Shown here in pieces: positions 63,911 to 64,000 of a stretch of DNA of 64,000 nt (the stretch's first letter is position 1; each line of letters opens with the position of its first letter). The notes below the pieces were generated by a model that saw only the letters and a program-made list of their open reading frames with translations, was not told where the DNA came from and ran no database searches. Position numbers and translations under genes: made by a program. Location: NCBI GenBank assembly GCA_013239625.1, contig MU054117.1, forward strand, positions 3,896,677 through 3,960,676, given 5' to 3'. Source of the DNA: Lama guanicoe (Eukaryota).

Positions 63911-64000
63911 TTTTCCCAGATGGTCAATTTTACTTGATTGGAGGTAATTTGAGGCATAACTTCATATTAATAATATGAATCTCATTACAATATTTATAAC

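Overview
This is eukaryotic, mammalian (most likely camelid: camel, llama or alpaca) intergenic or intronic DNA, not microbial sequence. The taxon inference rests on two short tRNA-Ala(AGC)-derived SINEs with the camelid-type 'aaacctaatta(cc)' tail, cetartiodactyl-type L1 3' ends, and no recognisable Alu, B1, Bov-A/BovB, PRE1 or Can-SINE. I could not recognise any protein-coding exon, rRNA, true tRNA or CRISPR array; the long ORFs are GC-rich by-products of CpG islands. A large share of the window is interspersed repeats: L1 of several ages, L2, MIR, CR1/L3, MaLR and ERV LTRs, and hAT DNA transposon relics. The unique DNA holds two CpG-island clusters (about 3.3-5.45 kb and 43.2-44.3 kb) and several repeat-poor blocks rich in SOX, K50-homeodomain, HOX/PBX/MEIS and TCF motifs, which resembles a developmental regulatory landscape. 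The best leads are: (1) a perfect ISRE about 40 bp upstream of a canonical TATA box inside the 43-44 kb CpG island, a candidate interferon-inducible promoter with no recognisable gene; (2) an apparently full-length solo ERV LTR with a tandem CCAAT array, octamer and TATA; (3) two strong minus-strand splice donors, each just downstream of a CpG cluster, suggesting alternative first exons of a leftward transcript. I found no convincing wholly new biological system. Repeat family names come from memory of consensus sequences and boundaries are approximate.
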